The notes under the pieces: generated by a model
The model's database searches: none
What the model saw: only the letters and a program-made list of their open reading frames with translations
What the model was told of the DNA's origin: nothing
Program-made: the position numbers and the translations under genes
Part shown: positions 53,149 through 62,839 of the stretch, piece after piece
Layout: the number at the start of each line of letters is the position of its first letter
How positions within the stretch are numbered: the first letter of the stretch is position 1
Source: an uncultured Pseudomonadota bacterium
Lineage (GTDB): Bacteria > Pseudomonadota > Alphaproteobacteria > Acetobacterales > Acetobacteraceae
NCBI GenBank assembly: GCA_963834715.1
Contig: CAWIDE010000018.1
Span: forward strand, 74,698 to 138,697
Length of the DNA: 64,000 nucleotides
Reading direction: 5' to 3'

Positions 53149-53850
53149 ATGGCTACCCTGCCTCTGATTGTTTTCGACGTCAACGAGACGCTGCTCGATC
53201 TTGAGACCATGGCGCCGACATTCGAGCGAATCTTCAACGACAAGTCGGCCATGCGGCTATGGTTCGCAAACTTCATCCTGTATTCCGCAGCCCTCATCGT
53301 GGCCGGACAGTATGTGCCGTTCACCGATATCGGCGCAGCCGTGATGAAGATGCTGGCGGATACGCGCGGCATCAAAATCGGGGACGCCGACAAGAAGGAG
53401 CTTACCGAAAAGTTCTCGACGATGCCGCCGCATCCGGACGTACCCGCTGCCCTGCGGAAGCTTCGGGGCGCCGGCTTCCGTCTTTTCACTCTCACCGACA
53501 ATCTGCTCGAGATCCAGACCCGCCAACTTGAGCATGGCGGCATCGTCGACCTGTTCGAGCGCCGCTTCAGCGCGGATCGTGTGAAACGCCACAAGCCTGC
53601 GCCCGAAGCCTATCGTTATGTGGAGAAAGAGCTAGGCGTGCAGCCGTCGCAGCTTTGCCTTATCGCTTGCCATACCTGGGACACTCTCGGCGCTGTCGCG
53701 GCCGGGTGGGAAGCCGCTCTCATTCGGCGCGCCGGAAACGATGTGCTGGGGGTCGGGCCCCAGCCGCAAATCGTCGGCGACGATCTTGACGACGTCGCCG
53801 ATCAACTCATCGCCAGGCACAACGCAAAACACCAGCCATCGCGGAACTGA
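53149..53850 (+). CDS. haloacid dehalogenase type II / HAD-superfamily hydrolase
   Basis: ORF track, 233 aa: LIVFDVNETLLDL (motif I), ...LFTLTDN..., ...KRHKPAPEAY..., ...ACHTWDTLGA. Confidence 0.8.
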   Translation: MATLPLIVFDVNETLLDLETMAPTFERIFNDKSAMRLWFANFILYSAALIVAGQYVPFTDIGAAVMKMLADTRGIKIGDADKKELTEKFSTMPPHPDVPAALRKLRGAGFRLFTLTDNLLEIQTRQLEHGGIVDLFERRFSADRVKRHKPAPEAYRYVEKELGVQPSQLCLIACHTWDTLGAVAAGWEAALIRRAGNDVLGVGPQPQIVGDDLDDVADQLIARHNAKHQPSRN

Positions 53851-53870
53851 CGTGCGACAAGGAGCGGACG

Positions 53871-54572
53871 ATGTCCATCAGAGATGATCTCACCGTCGTG
53901 CTGGCGCACGGGGCTTGGGCTGACGGTTCAAGCTGGGAAAGAGTCATCCGCGGGTTACGGGCCGCGGGCCTGAAGTCGGTCGCCGCACCGCTGCCCCTCA
54001 CGTCGTTGACGGATGATGTGACCGCGCTCGAGCGCACAGTTGAGCGGATTGCCGGGCCTGTTGTCCTTGTCGGACATGCCTATGCCGGCGGGGTGATCGC
54101 GGGGACATGCTCAGAGAAGGTCAAGGCGCTGGTCTATGTCGCCGCGCTCGCTCCGGATGAAGGCGAGACCATCGCCGACGTCTTCTATCGCACGGAGCCG
54201 CATCCGAAGGCGCCGAAGCTGGCCCCGGATGCACATGGGCTTATCTGGCTGCCGGAAGAAGCGTTTCCCGCCGCTTTCGCACGGCACGCTTCCGCCGAAG
54301 AGCAGGCGGTGCTTTTCGCCGTTCAGCGGCCGATTGCGGTTCCCTGCATCAGCACACGGATCCGACGGCTGCTTTGGAAAGACCGGCCGAGCTGGTTCCT
54401 GTTGGCCGAGGATGACCACATGATCGTCCCCGAGACACAGCAATTCATGGCCGAGCGGATGAAGGCCGAGATCCGTTCGCGGGCGGTGGATCATACGCCG
54501 TCCGTCACCGCCCCTCACGTGGTGGTGGACATAATTCTCGAGACGACGCGCGCCGTTCCGAGGGGTCGCTGA
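53871..54572 (+). CDS. alpha/beta hydrolase family protein (nucleophile-elbow Ser apparently replaced by Ala)
   Basis: ORF track, 233 aa: ...VVLAHGAWADGSSW...VVLVGHAYAGGVI... Confidence 0.7.
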   Translation: MSIRDDLTVVLAHGAWADGSSWERVIRGLRAAGLKSVAAPLPLTSLTDDVTALERTVERIAGPVVLVGHAYAGGVIAGTCSEKVKALVYVAALAPDEGETIADVFYRTEPHPKAPKLAPDAHGLIWLPEEAFPAAFARHASAEEQAVLFAVQRPIAVPCISTRIRRLLWKDRPSWFLLAEDDHMIVPETQQFMAERMKAEIRSRAVDHTPSVTAPHVVVDIILETTRAVPRGR

Positions 54573-54593
54573 CGGCCGGAGGAGGAGGACATC

Positions 54594-55448
54594 ATGAGCC
54601 GCATTAAATATCTCACCGCCGATGTCGATGGATTCCGGGTGTTCTATCGCGAAGCGGGGGCACGCGACGCGCCTGCGCTTCTGTTGCTGCATGGTTTTCC
54701 GAGTGCAGGACATATGTTCCGCGATCTGATGCCCCTTTTATCTGATCGTTACCGCGTGATTGCGCCCGACCTGCCCGGCTTTGGCCAGTCCGACATGCCG
54801 CCGCGTACGAAATTCACCTACTCATTCGACCACATCGCGGATGTGATCGACCGGTTCACTGAAATCGTTGGCCTCAGCCAATTCGCGATCTACGTTTTCG
54901 ACTACGGCGCCCCGACGGGTTTCCGCATTGCCTTGAAGCACCCGGACCGCATCACGGCGATTATCTCGCAAAACGGCAATGCCTACGAGGAGGGGCTGAG
55001 CGACGGCTGGACACCCATCCGGGCCTATTGGCAGGAGCCGTCGGCGGCCAATCGCGAAGCCTTGCGTGCTTTCCTGTCGCCCGAGACGACGCGTTGGCAA
55101 TACACGCACGGCGTTCCCGACCCGACATCCGTCTCGCCGGACGGCCAGTCCCTCGACAATTTCTACCTGATGCGACCAGGCGCCGACGAGGTGCAACTGG
55201 ATCTGTTCGGTGATTACAAAAGCAATGTCGCGCTGTACCCGGCCTTCCAGAATTACTTCCGGGCACACAAGCCGCCGCTCCTCGCGATCTGGGGTAAGAA
55301 CGATCCGTTCTTCCTGCCGCCGGGCGCCGAGGCTTTCAAGCGCGACAATCCGAGCGCGACAGTCCGCTTCCTTGATACTGGCCACTTCGCGCTTGAAACG
55401 CACGCGGAAGAGATCGCCGCGGCGATCCGCGAATTCCTGTCCGGTTGA
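54594..55448 (+). CDS. alpha/beta hydrolase (Asp-nucleophile, epoxide hydrolase/dehalogenase-like subgroup)
   Basis: ORF track, 284 aa: ...LLLLHGFPSAGHMFRDLMP...IAPDLPGFGQSD...IYVFDYGAPTGF...DTGHFALETH. Confidence 0.8.
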   Translation: MSRIKYLTADVDGFRVFYREAGARDAPALLLLHGFPSAGHMFRDLMPLLSDRYRVIAPDLPGFGQSDMPPRTKFTYSFDHIADVIDRFTEIVGLSQFAIYVFDYGAPTGFRIALKHPDRITAIISQNGNAYEEGLSDGWTPIRAYWQEPSAANREALRAFLSPETTRWQYTHGVPDPTSVSPDGQSLDNFYLMRPGADEVQLDLFGDYKSNVALYPAFQNYFRAHKPPLLAIWGKNDPFFLPPGAEAFKRDNPSATVRFLDTGHFALETHAEEIAAAIREFLSG

Positions 55449-55491
55449 ATGGGACCTGATCCTGACCGGCCGCCCAGCCTCTTCCGCCTGC

Positions 55492-57864
55492 TTACGCGGG
55501 CGTTCCTGGCAATGACACTGTACAAAGCCGCAGGGCGTTGGTAACAACCGAAACCGAACTGAATGACATCGCCAGGGCGGCAATGACCGGGCTGAGCAGA
55601 ATACCGAATACGGGATAGAGGATCCCTGCGGCTACGGGCACGCCGATGGCGTTGTAGATGAACGCGAAGAACAGGTTTTGCCGGATGTTGCGCATGGTTG
55701 CGCGGCTCAGCGCCCGGGCGCGGGCGATGCCGGCGAGATCGCCTTTTACCAGCGTAACCTCGGCGGTTTGGATCGCAACGTCAGTGCCAGTGCCCATGGC
55801 GATGCCAACATCGGCTTCGGCAAGAGCAGGGGCATCATTAATGCCGTCGCCTGCCATGGCGACGATGCGACCAGCGGCCCGTAGTTGCCGGACGATGTCC
55901 AGTTTGCGTTCCGGCAGCACGTCGGCGTGCACCTCGCCGATCTTGAGGCGACTTGCCACGGCCTCGGCGGTTGTGCGGTTGTCACCGGTCAGCATGACAA
56001 TACGGACACCGTCCTGCTCAAGGGCCGTCAGCGCCGCCGGGGTGGTCGGCTTGACCGGATCCGCTACGGCGATGACACCGGCTGGTTTGCCGTCAATCGC
56101 CAGAAAGAGCGCCGTCGCCCCTTCTTTCCGGTGCGCATCGGCGATTTCGCTGAGGTTGCCGAGATCGATGCCGAAATCCTGCATCAGGCGGGCGTTGCCG
56201 ATAGCGAGCTGGTGTCCGGCGGCCACACAAGTAACGCCCTTGCCGGTGAGGGATTGGAACCCAGCCGCCGGTTGCGGCGATGTTCCACGTTCGCGCGCGG
56301 CGGTGACGATGGCGGCGGCCAACGGGTGTTCGCTCGAGCGTTCCAGGGTAACTGCGAGCGAAAGAAGATCGATTGCTGAGAATCCAGGCGCTGGATCGAG
56401 AGCAACGACTTTCGGCTTACCTTCGGTGAGGGTACCCGTCTTATCGACCACGAGCGTGTCGATTTTTTCCATGCGTTCGAGGGCGTCCGCGGACTTGATG
56501 AGCACGCCTGCGGTGGCGCCCTTGCCGACGCCCACCATGATGCTCATCGGGGTGGCAAGACCGAGCGCGCACGGACAGGCGATGATCAGGACCGAGACGG
56601 CGGCGATGAGGGCGTAAGCGAGCGCGGGGCTCGGTCCCCACAGCGCCCAGCCGATAAAGGCGAGAATGGCGATGCCGATGACGGCGGGGACGAACCATCC
56701 AGCGACGCTGTCTGCGAGGCGCTGGATGGGGGCGCGGCTGCGCTGGGCTTCGGCAACCATGGCGACGATGCGGGCGAGGACGGTGTCGGCCCCGACTTTG
56801 TCCGCTCGCATGACCAGGGCGCCGGTGGTGTTGACGGTGCCGCCGATAAGTCTGTCGCCCGGGTTCTTTTCCGCAGGCATGGATTCACCGGTAACCATCA
56901 ATTCGTTGACCGCGCTGTGGCCCTCGGTGACGGTGCCGTCAACCGGGACGCCGTCTCCCGGGCGGATGCGGAGAAGATCGCCGACCTGGACCTCGGCGAG
57001 GGGGATTTCCTCATCGTCGCCGGCGGGCGTGAGACGGCGCGCAGTCTTGGGTGCTAGGTCGAGTAGCGCGCGGATGGCACCACCGGTCTGCTCGCGGGCA
57101 CGGAGCTCGAGCACCTGGCCGAAGAGCACGAGGACGGTAATGACGGCGGCGGACTCGAAATAGACCGGGACGGCGCCGCCCGCGCCACGGAACCCGGCCG
57201 GGAAGGCGTCCGGGGCGAGCGTTGCGACCACGCTGAAGAGGTAAGCAGCGCCGGTGCCGAGCATGATCAGGGTGAACATGTTGAGGTGGCGGCTGAGAAG
57301 CGACGCCCAGCCGCGGACGAAGAACGGCCAACCGGCCCAGAGCACGATGGGGGTTGCGAGGGCGAACTGGACCCAGTTGGAGACACTCTGCGGCATAACA
57401 TGCAGCCGGCCGAACAAGGGCAGATGTCCGGCCATTTCGATGACGACGAGCGGGACCGTGAGAGCGAGGCCGATCCAGAACCGCCGCTTCATATCCGTGA
57501 GCTCGGGATTGGGTTCGGTCTCGGCGGCGGCGGTGAGTGGTTCGAGCGCCATGCCGCAAATGGGGCAGGTTCCGGGGGCTTGCTGCTTGACCTCCGGGTG
57601 CATCGGGCATGTGTAGATGGCCCCTTTTAGGGCGGGCGCGGGCGCACGGAAGCGCGGCGTGAGGTAGTGCTGCGGGTGGGCGGCGAATTTGGCCTGACAG
57701 CCGGCGCAGCAGAAGTAAAAGGCTTCCCTGGCGTAGTCCAAGCGGTGTTGGGCGGTGGCCGGGTCCACCTTCATGCCGCAAACCGGATCGGTTACCAGGG
57801 CACCGGCCGCGGCAGGGGCATGGTGGTGATGGTGAGAGCAGGAATGGGTGTGCGTCTCGCTCAT
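55492..57864 (-). CDS. copA: copper-translocating P1B-type ATPase
   Basis: ORF track, 790 aa. His-rich N-terminus; TRASH/YHS-like DPVCGMKVD...FCCAGC; YTCPMHPEV...CPICGMALEP; CPC motif IIACPCALGLATP; DKTGTLT; GDGINDAP. Confidence 0.9.
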   Translation of the reverse strand: MSETHTHSCSHHHHHAPAAAGALVTDPVCGMKVDPATAQHRLDYAREAFYFCCAGCQAKFAAHPQHYLTPRFRAPAPALKGAIYTCPMHPEVKQQAPGTCPICGMALEPLTAAAETEPNPELTDMKRRFWIGLALTVPLVVIEMAGHLPLFGRLHVMPQSVSNWVQFALATPIVLWAGWPFFVRGWASLLSRHLNMFTLIMLGTGAAYLFSVVATLAPDAFPAGFRGAGGAVPVYFESAAVITVLVLFGQVLELRAREQTGGAIRALLDLAPKTARRLTPAGDDEEIPLAEVQVGDLLRIRPGDGVPVDGTVTEGHSAVNELMVTGESMPAEKNPGDRLIGGTVNTTGALVMRADKVGADTVLARIVAMVAEAQRSRAPIQRLADSVAGWFVPAVIGIAILAFIGWALWGPSPALAYALIAAVSVLIIACPCALGLATPMSIMVGVGKGATAGVLIKSADALERMEKIDTLVVDKTGTLTEGKPKVVALDPAPGFSAIDLLSLAVTLERSSEHPLAAAIVTAARERGTSPQPAAGFQSLTGKGVTCVAAGHQLAIGNARLMQDFGIDLGNLSEIADAHRKEGATALFLAIDGKPAGVIAVADPVKPTTPAALTALEQDGVRIVMLTGDNRTTAEAVASRLKIGEVHADVLPERKLDIVRQLRAAGRIVAMAGDGINDAPALAEADVGIAMGTGTDVAIQTAEVTLVKGDLAGIARARALSRATMRNIRQNLFFAFIYNAIGVPVAAGILYPVFGILLSPVIAALAMSFSSVSVVTNALRLCTVSLPGTPA

Positions 57865-57905
57865 TTGTGCGTTGGGCCTTGCCCGTTGGGTCCGCTACGC
57901 TTAAT

Positions 57906-57922
57906 ATACCGTTGGGGGGTAT
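57906..57922. promoter_or_regulatory. putative CsoR operator in the copA-csoR divergent intergenic region
   Basis: ATACCGTTGGGGGGTAT is a pseudo-palindrome (ATACC-N7-GGTAT) with a G-tract. It resembles CsoR boxes as I remember them and lies 10 nt upstream of the csoR GTG. Confidence 0.45.
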
Positions 57923-57931
57923 GGTAGCAAG

Positions 57932-58207
57932 GTGCATGAGGTCACGAAAAAATCCGTCACGGCGCGATTGAAGCGCATCGAGGGGCAGATCGGCGGTTTG
58001 CAGCGCATGGTGGAGGAGGACCGGTATTGCGTCGATGTGCTGACACAGGTCAGTGCAGTGCGTGCGGCCCTACAGAAGGTAGAGGAGGAGATCCTGCGGG
58101 ATCACGTTTCGCATTGCGTCGCCGCGGCGTTCGTTTCGGGCGATACCATGGGCCAGCGGCAGAAGGTCGAGGAGTTGGTGGAGACGATCGGGCGGATGCG
58201 GAGATAG
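57932..58207 (+). CDS. csoR: metal-sensing transcriptional repressor, CsoR/RcnR family (x-C-H-C copper fingerprint)
   Basis: ORF track, 91 aa: ...RLKRIEGQIGGLQRMVEEDRYCVDVLTQVSAVRAAL...RDHVSHCV. Confidence 0.85.
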   Translation: MHEVTKKSVTARLKRIEGQIGGLQRMVEEDRYCVDVLTQVSAVRAALQKVEEEILRDHVSHCVAAAFVSGDTMGQRQKVEELVETIGRMRR

Positions 58208-58218
58208 GGACGTCGGGC

Positions 58219-59966
58219 CTACCCCCGGCGAAACAGGCCCGCGAGTTCCTCCCGAGTGAACCGCAGCACAGTGGGCCGGCCATGACTGCACGTCGCAGCC
58301 CGCGGCGTCGCCTCCATCTGCCGCAGCAGGGCGTCCATCTCGGCCGCATTGAGCCGCCGGCCGGCGCGGATCGAGCCGTGGCAGGCGAGACGCGCGATCA
58401 CCGCATCCAGCCGTGCCGCCAGCGCCGTCGCTTCATCCTGTTCGGCGAGTTCGTCGGCGAGGTCCCGAACCAGCGGGCCGGGATCCGGGGCGCCAAGCGC
58501 GGCGGGCAGGGCGCGGACCAGGACGGCGCCGGGACCGAAGGCCTCGAGCTCCAGGCCAAGACGGGTAAGGTCCGAAGCGTGCGCGAGCAGCCGGGCGGCA
58601 TCGGGTTCCGGCAGATCGACCACCGCAGGCACCAGCAGGGGCTGGGAGCGGACGCCGCCATCCAGCATCTGCGCGCGGATGGTTTCATGCGTCAGGCGCT
58701 CGTGCGCGGCATGCTGATCGACCAGGATCAGAACTCCCATCGGCGGCGACGGCGACGATGTATGTATCGGCCACCTGGCCGAGTGGAGCGCCGAGCGGAT
58801 GGTCCGGCTCAGGCTCGGTCGCCGGCGACAAGCGGGCGGCGGGGCCGGCGGCGAGCGGAAGCTGGACCTCAGCCATGCCGGGCAGCGGCACCGTGCGCAG
58901 GGCCGTCGTGCTGCGAGGGGGCGCGAGCGAAAGAGGGGGGCGGAAGGCGGGCACAGGTGGGGGGGCCAGGCCGGCGGAGGCCAGGCTGCCCGACAGCGCG
59001 CGGCCGATGGCACCGATGACCAGTGCCCGCACCGCGCCGGCATCGCGGAACCGCAACTCGGCCTTGGCGGGGTGCACATTGACGTCAAGTTCCTCGGGCG
59101 GGAGGTCGAGCCACAGGGCAACCACGGGATGCCGGCCGGCGGCGATGACGTCGCGGTAGGCGACACGGATGGCGGTGCGCAGCACAGGGTCGATGACCGG
59201 ACGGCCGTTCACCGTAAGCGCCTGATGCGTGGCGGTGGCCCGGGTGACCGCGGGGGAGGCGGCGAAGCCGGCCAGATGTAACGGCGCGCGGACTTCATCA
59301 AACGGAATCAGCGCCGCGGCGGCCTCGGGGCCAAGCAGCGCGGCGGCGCGGGCAGGACGGTCCTGGACCGGCAGGTCGAAAATCGTACAGGCCGTCGCTC
59401 TCCAGGCGGAACGCGACATTGGGGACCGCTAGGGCGAGGCGGCGGAGCACGGCCTCGGCATGTTCGGCCTCGGTGCGCGGGTGCTTCAGGAACTTGCGCC
59501 GGGCCGGGGTGGCGAAAAACAGGTCGCGCACCACCACGCGGGTGCCGGGAGCGCCGGCGGCCGGGCTGACCGGGGACACCTCGCTCGCTTCGACCCGGAT
59601 GGCATGGGCGTGGGGGGCGCCGTGCGGGCGGGAGATGATGGCGAGGCGAGCGGCGGCTCCGATGGAGGGGAGTGCCTCACCACGGAAACCCAGGGTGGCG
59701 ATGCGGACCAGGTCGTTATTGGGCAGCTTGGAGGTCGCGTGGCGCTGCACGGCCAGGGCCAGTTCCTCGGCGGTCATGCCGCATCCGTCGTCGGCGACCT
59801 CGATGCGATCGGTGCCGCCGCCTTCGAGCGCCACGCTGACGCGGGTGGCGCCGGCGTCGAGGGCGTTTTCAACCAGTTCCTTCACCGCGGCCGCCGGACG
59901 CTCGATCACCTCGCCGGCGGCGATGCGGTTGACGATGGTCTCGGGCAGGAGGCGGATGGCGGGCAT
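58219..59966 (-). pseudogene. mutL: DNA mismatch repair protein MutL, split over three frames by two single-base indels
   Basis: N-terminus MPAIRLLPETIVNRIAAGEVIERPAAAVKELVENALDAGA... is in ORF 59298..60032. The middle ...TIFDLPVQDRPARAAALLG...TVNGRPVID...DVNVHPAKAELRF is in ORF 58685..59419. The C-terminus ...VLILVDQHAAHERLTHE...ACHGSIRAGRRL is in ORF 58219..59166. Frame switches lie at about 59384-59390 and 58732-58738. Confidence 0.85.
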
Positions 59967-60194
59967 CAGGTCAGTGTAACTCGTCGCGCCCGCGGTGGGG
60001 CGGGCAGTCGCGCTTCTTAACACGGAGGACACAGAGGGCCACGGAGGGCATTTGAAAATAATGGAACCGGCGCACGTCTCCCGACCGCAAATTATTCCTC
60101 TCGGTGGTCCTCCGTCCCATTCTCGGTGAACTCCGTGTTAAATGACCGAGCCACCCACCGCACCGACGACGCCAGCTACCCGAATGTAGCTCCC

Positions 60195-62054
60195 TCACAC
60201 GTGCCCCTTCCCCGCGAACTCCTCCACCAACTCCTTGATCTTCCCCAAATCCGCCTGCTCCATCACATGACGGGCAAGGCGCACGCAATCGTCGATACGA
60301 ATCCCGCGCACCACCTGCTTCACCCGCGGCACCGCGCCGGCGTTCATGCTGAAACTGCGCAACCCCAGGCCGAGCAGCAACGGCGTCAGACGAGGATTGG
60401 CGGCCATTTCTCCGCACACCGAAACCGGCATGCGCATCCGCAAAGCCGCTTCAGTCGAGAACTGCACCAGGCGCAGCACCGCTGGGTGCAACGGATCGTA
60501 AAGCTCGGCGAGCTCGGTTTCCCCCCGATCAACCGCGAGCGTGTAGGCGGTGAGGTCGTTGGTACCGATGGCAAAAAAATCGCATTCAAGCGCCAACGCG
60601 TCGGCCGACAGCGCCGCACCCGGCGTCTCGATCATGATGCCGAGCAGGGGCAGCTTGTCCGGAATGCGCTCACCGCGGCGGCGTAGGCGGCGGGCGACCC
60701 GGTCGTAAATCTCGCGGGCGGCACGCACCTCAGCAACCGTGCTCACCATGGGCAGCATGACATTGACCGGCCCGGCCACGGCGGCACGCAGGATGGCGGC
60801 GAACTGCGCCTCCAGCAGTTCCGGGCGGCGCAGCAGCAGCCGAATGCCGCGCAGGCCAAGCGCGGGATTGGTATCGGCAATCTCCGGCACAATGCCGGCG
60901 CTCGATAACGCCTCGATCTGCTTTTCGCCGCCCCAGTCGAGCACGCGGATGGAAACCGGAGCGCTGGCCATGGCCTCGATGAACATGCGGTAGGCGTCCG
61001 CCTGGGTATCCTCGTTGGGGACCGTCTCGCGGTTCATGAACAGGTACTCGGTACGCAACAGGCCGATGCCGTAGGCGCCGGACCGCTGGATCAGCGGCAA
61101 CTCGACCGGGAGCTCGAGATTGGCCTGCAACTCCACCTGCTCGCCATCGAGGGTTTCGGCGGGTAATGCGCGGAGGCGGGCGAAGCGCTGGCGTTCGCGG
61201 GCAAAGGCCGCGACCGCACGACGCGCCCCGCCGAGGTGATCCTCGGTCGGATTAAGCACGACCTGGCCCGTGCTGCCATCGACAATGGCGAGGTCCCCGG
61301 GTCGGATAGCGTGGGCGAGGCCCGGGGCGCCGAGCACGGCGGGCACACCGAGGGCGCGAAGCATGATGGCGGTGTGGCCCTCGGCGCCGCCTTCTTCGGT
61401 GGCGACGCCCGCGAGACGCGCCGGATCGAGCAGGGCGGCATCGGCCGGCCGGAGGGCCTCCGCGATCAACACTGCGCCCTCGGGCAGGGCGGCAAAACTG
61501 CGGAAAGGGGCCTGGACAAGGTTACGGATAATTCGGCGGGCAATTTCAGTGATTTCGTCGGCTCGGCGTTGCAAGCTGGCACGGTCGTCGGCGGGCATGG
61601 TCGGCTCGGCCTGGGCCATTATCGCGGCGCTGAGCGTCTCGGACTCCTCGGCCACGGCGCTCTCGGCCGAAAGCAGCCTCTCGTCGATGCGCTGGCGGGC
61701 ACCGCGAATCAGGCGCGAGGAATCGAGCATCCGCAAATAGGCGTCGATCAGGGGCGCGATTTCTTCCCGGCTGTCCTCCGGAAATGCGGCGAGGCGGGCG
61801 CGCAGCTTGTTGAGCTGTTTACGCGACTGGGCGATGGCGAGATCGAGGCGGGCATTCTCGCCGCCCGTGGCGGCGGCGGCGACCTTGTGGCGGGTGATCT
61901 GGGGCCGCGGCTCGACGGCGCTAAAGACCGGTCCAATGGCGACGCCGGCCGAGACCGGGATGCCCATGAAGCGGACCTCCGGGCGCCCGGCGTTCGAACG
62001 CAACAGCCCGGAGAGGCGCTTGTGCTGAGGCGGAGGTGGCTCAATCCTGCTCAC
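60195..62054 (-). CDS. ptsI: phosphoenolpyruvate-protein phosphotransferase (PTS enzyme I)
   Basis: ORF track, 638 aa: ...GGAEGHTAIMLRALGVP...; ...FFAIGTNDLTAYT... The likely GTG start (complement of 62052-62054) overlaps the HPr stop (GTGA). Confidence 0.85.
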   Translation of the reverse strand: MSRIEPPPPQHKRLSGLLRSNAGRPEVRFMGIPVSAGVAIGPVFSAVEPRPQITRHKVAAAATGGENARLDLAIAQSRKQLNKLRARLAAFPEDSREEIAPLIDAYLRMLDSSRLIRGARQRIDERLLSAESAVAEESETLSAAIMAQAEPTMPADDRASLQRRADEITEIARRIIRNLVQAPFRSFAALPEGAVLIAEALRPADAALLDPARLAGVATEEGGAEGHTAIMLRALGVPAVLGAPGLAHAIRPGDLAIVDGSTGQVVLNPTEDHLGGARRAVAAFARERQRFARLRALPAETLDGEQVELQANLELPVELPLIQRSGAYGIGLLRTEYLFMNRETVPNEDTQADAYRMFIEAMASAPVSIRVLDWGGEKQIEALSSAGIVPEIADTNPALGLRGIRLLLRRPELLEAQFAAILRAAVAGPVNVMLPMVSTVAEVRAAREIYDRVARRLRRRGERIPDKLPLLGIMIETPGAALSADALALECDFFAIGTNDLTAYTLAVDRGETELAELYDPLHPAVLRLVQFSTEAALRMRMPVSVCGEMAANPRLTPLLLGLGLRSFSMNAGAVPRVKQVVRGIRIDDCVRLARHVMEQADLGKIKELVEEFAGKGHV

Positions 62055-62344
62055 TGAAGCCAGAACTCTACCAAGACAGCGAGCGCGTCGAGCGCTTCCT
62101 TGGCGTCCCAACCCTCGGCGCGCAATTCAATTTCGCTGCCCGGCCCGGCGCCGAGCATCATGAGCCCCATGATGGAACGGGCGGAGACCGCCTGGCCATC
62201 GCGCGCGACATCGACAGAGGCGCTAAAGCGTTCGGCGAGGGTCACGAATTTCGCGGCGGCCCGGGCGTGCAGGCCGCGTTTGTTGGTGATGCGGACGAGG
62301 CGAGTGAGGACGGGCGTGCCGGCGGGGTCATCCCCCGCGTTCAT
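62051..62344 (-). CDS. ptsH: HPr-family phosphocarrier protein
   Basis: MNAGDDPAGTPVLTRLVRITNKRGLHARAAAKFV...SARSIMGLMMLGAG. 97 aa. ATGA overlap with the EIIA stop. Confidence 0.85.
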   Translation of the reverse strand: MNAGDDPAGTPVLTRLVRITNKRGLHARAAAKFVTLAERFSASVDVARDGQAVSARSIMGLMMLGAGPGSEIELRAEGWDAKEALDALAVLVEFWLQ

Positions 62345-62787
62345 CGGCAGGCGCCGTGACCGTTGACGCGGACCAGCTTGTCCTCCGGGGCGCCGTGCAG
62401 CACGTGGGAGGCGGCCGCGATGTATTTGCGCCCCGCACTTTCGGCGCAGTTCACGGCGTCGGCGAGCGGCTGATTGCACCGCACCTTGGCGAGCTTGATG
62501 AGCATGGGGAGGTTGACGCCGGCGATGACCTCCACACCCTTCCGCTCCATCATGGAAATTGCGAGGTTGGACGGTGTGCCGCCAAACATGTCCGTGAGCA
62601 GAACAACGCCGTCGCCGGTGTCGCATCGGTTGATACAGGCCTCAATCTCGGCCCGGCGGTTTTCCATATCGTCCTCGGGCCCGATGCAGACGGTATCGAC
62701 GTTGCGCTGGGCGCCGACGACATGTTCCATGGCAGAGCGAAGCTCGTCCGCAAGCCGTCCATGAGTAACCAGGACCATTCCTATCAT
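62341..62787 (-). CDS. PTS EIIA component, mannose/fructose family
   Basis: MIGMVLVTHGRLADELRSAMEHVVG...VVLLTDMFGGTPSN. 148 aa. Confidence 0.8.
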   Translation of the reverse strand: MIGMVLVTHGRLADELRSAMEHVVGAQRNVDTVCIGPEDDMENRRAEIEACINRCDTGDGVVLLTDMFGGTPSNLAISMMERKGVEVIAGVNLPMLIKLAKVRCNQPLADAVNCAESAGRKYIAAASHVLHGAPEDKLVRVNGHGACR

Positions 62788-62839
62788 GGTTTTGTACACG
62801 CACTCCGGCGCAATGATCCTGTTGTGTAATGGACCATAT

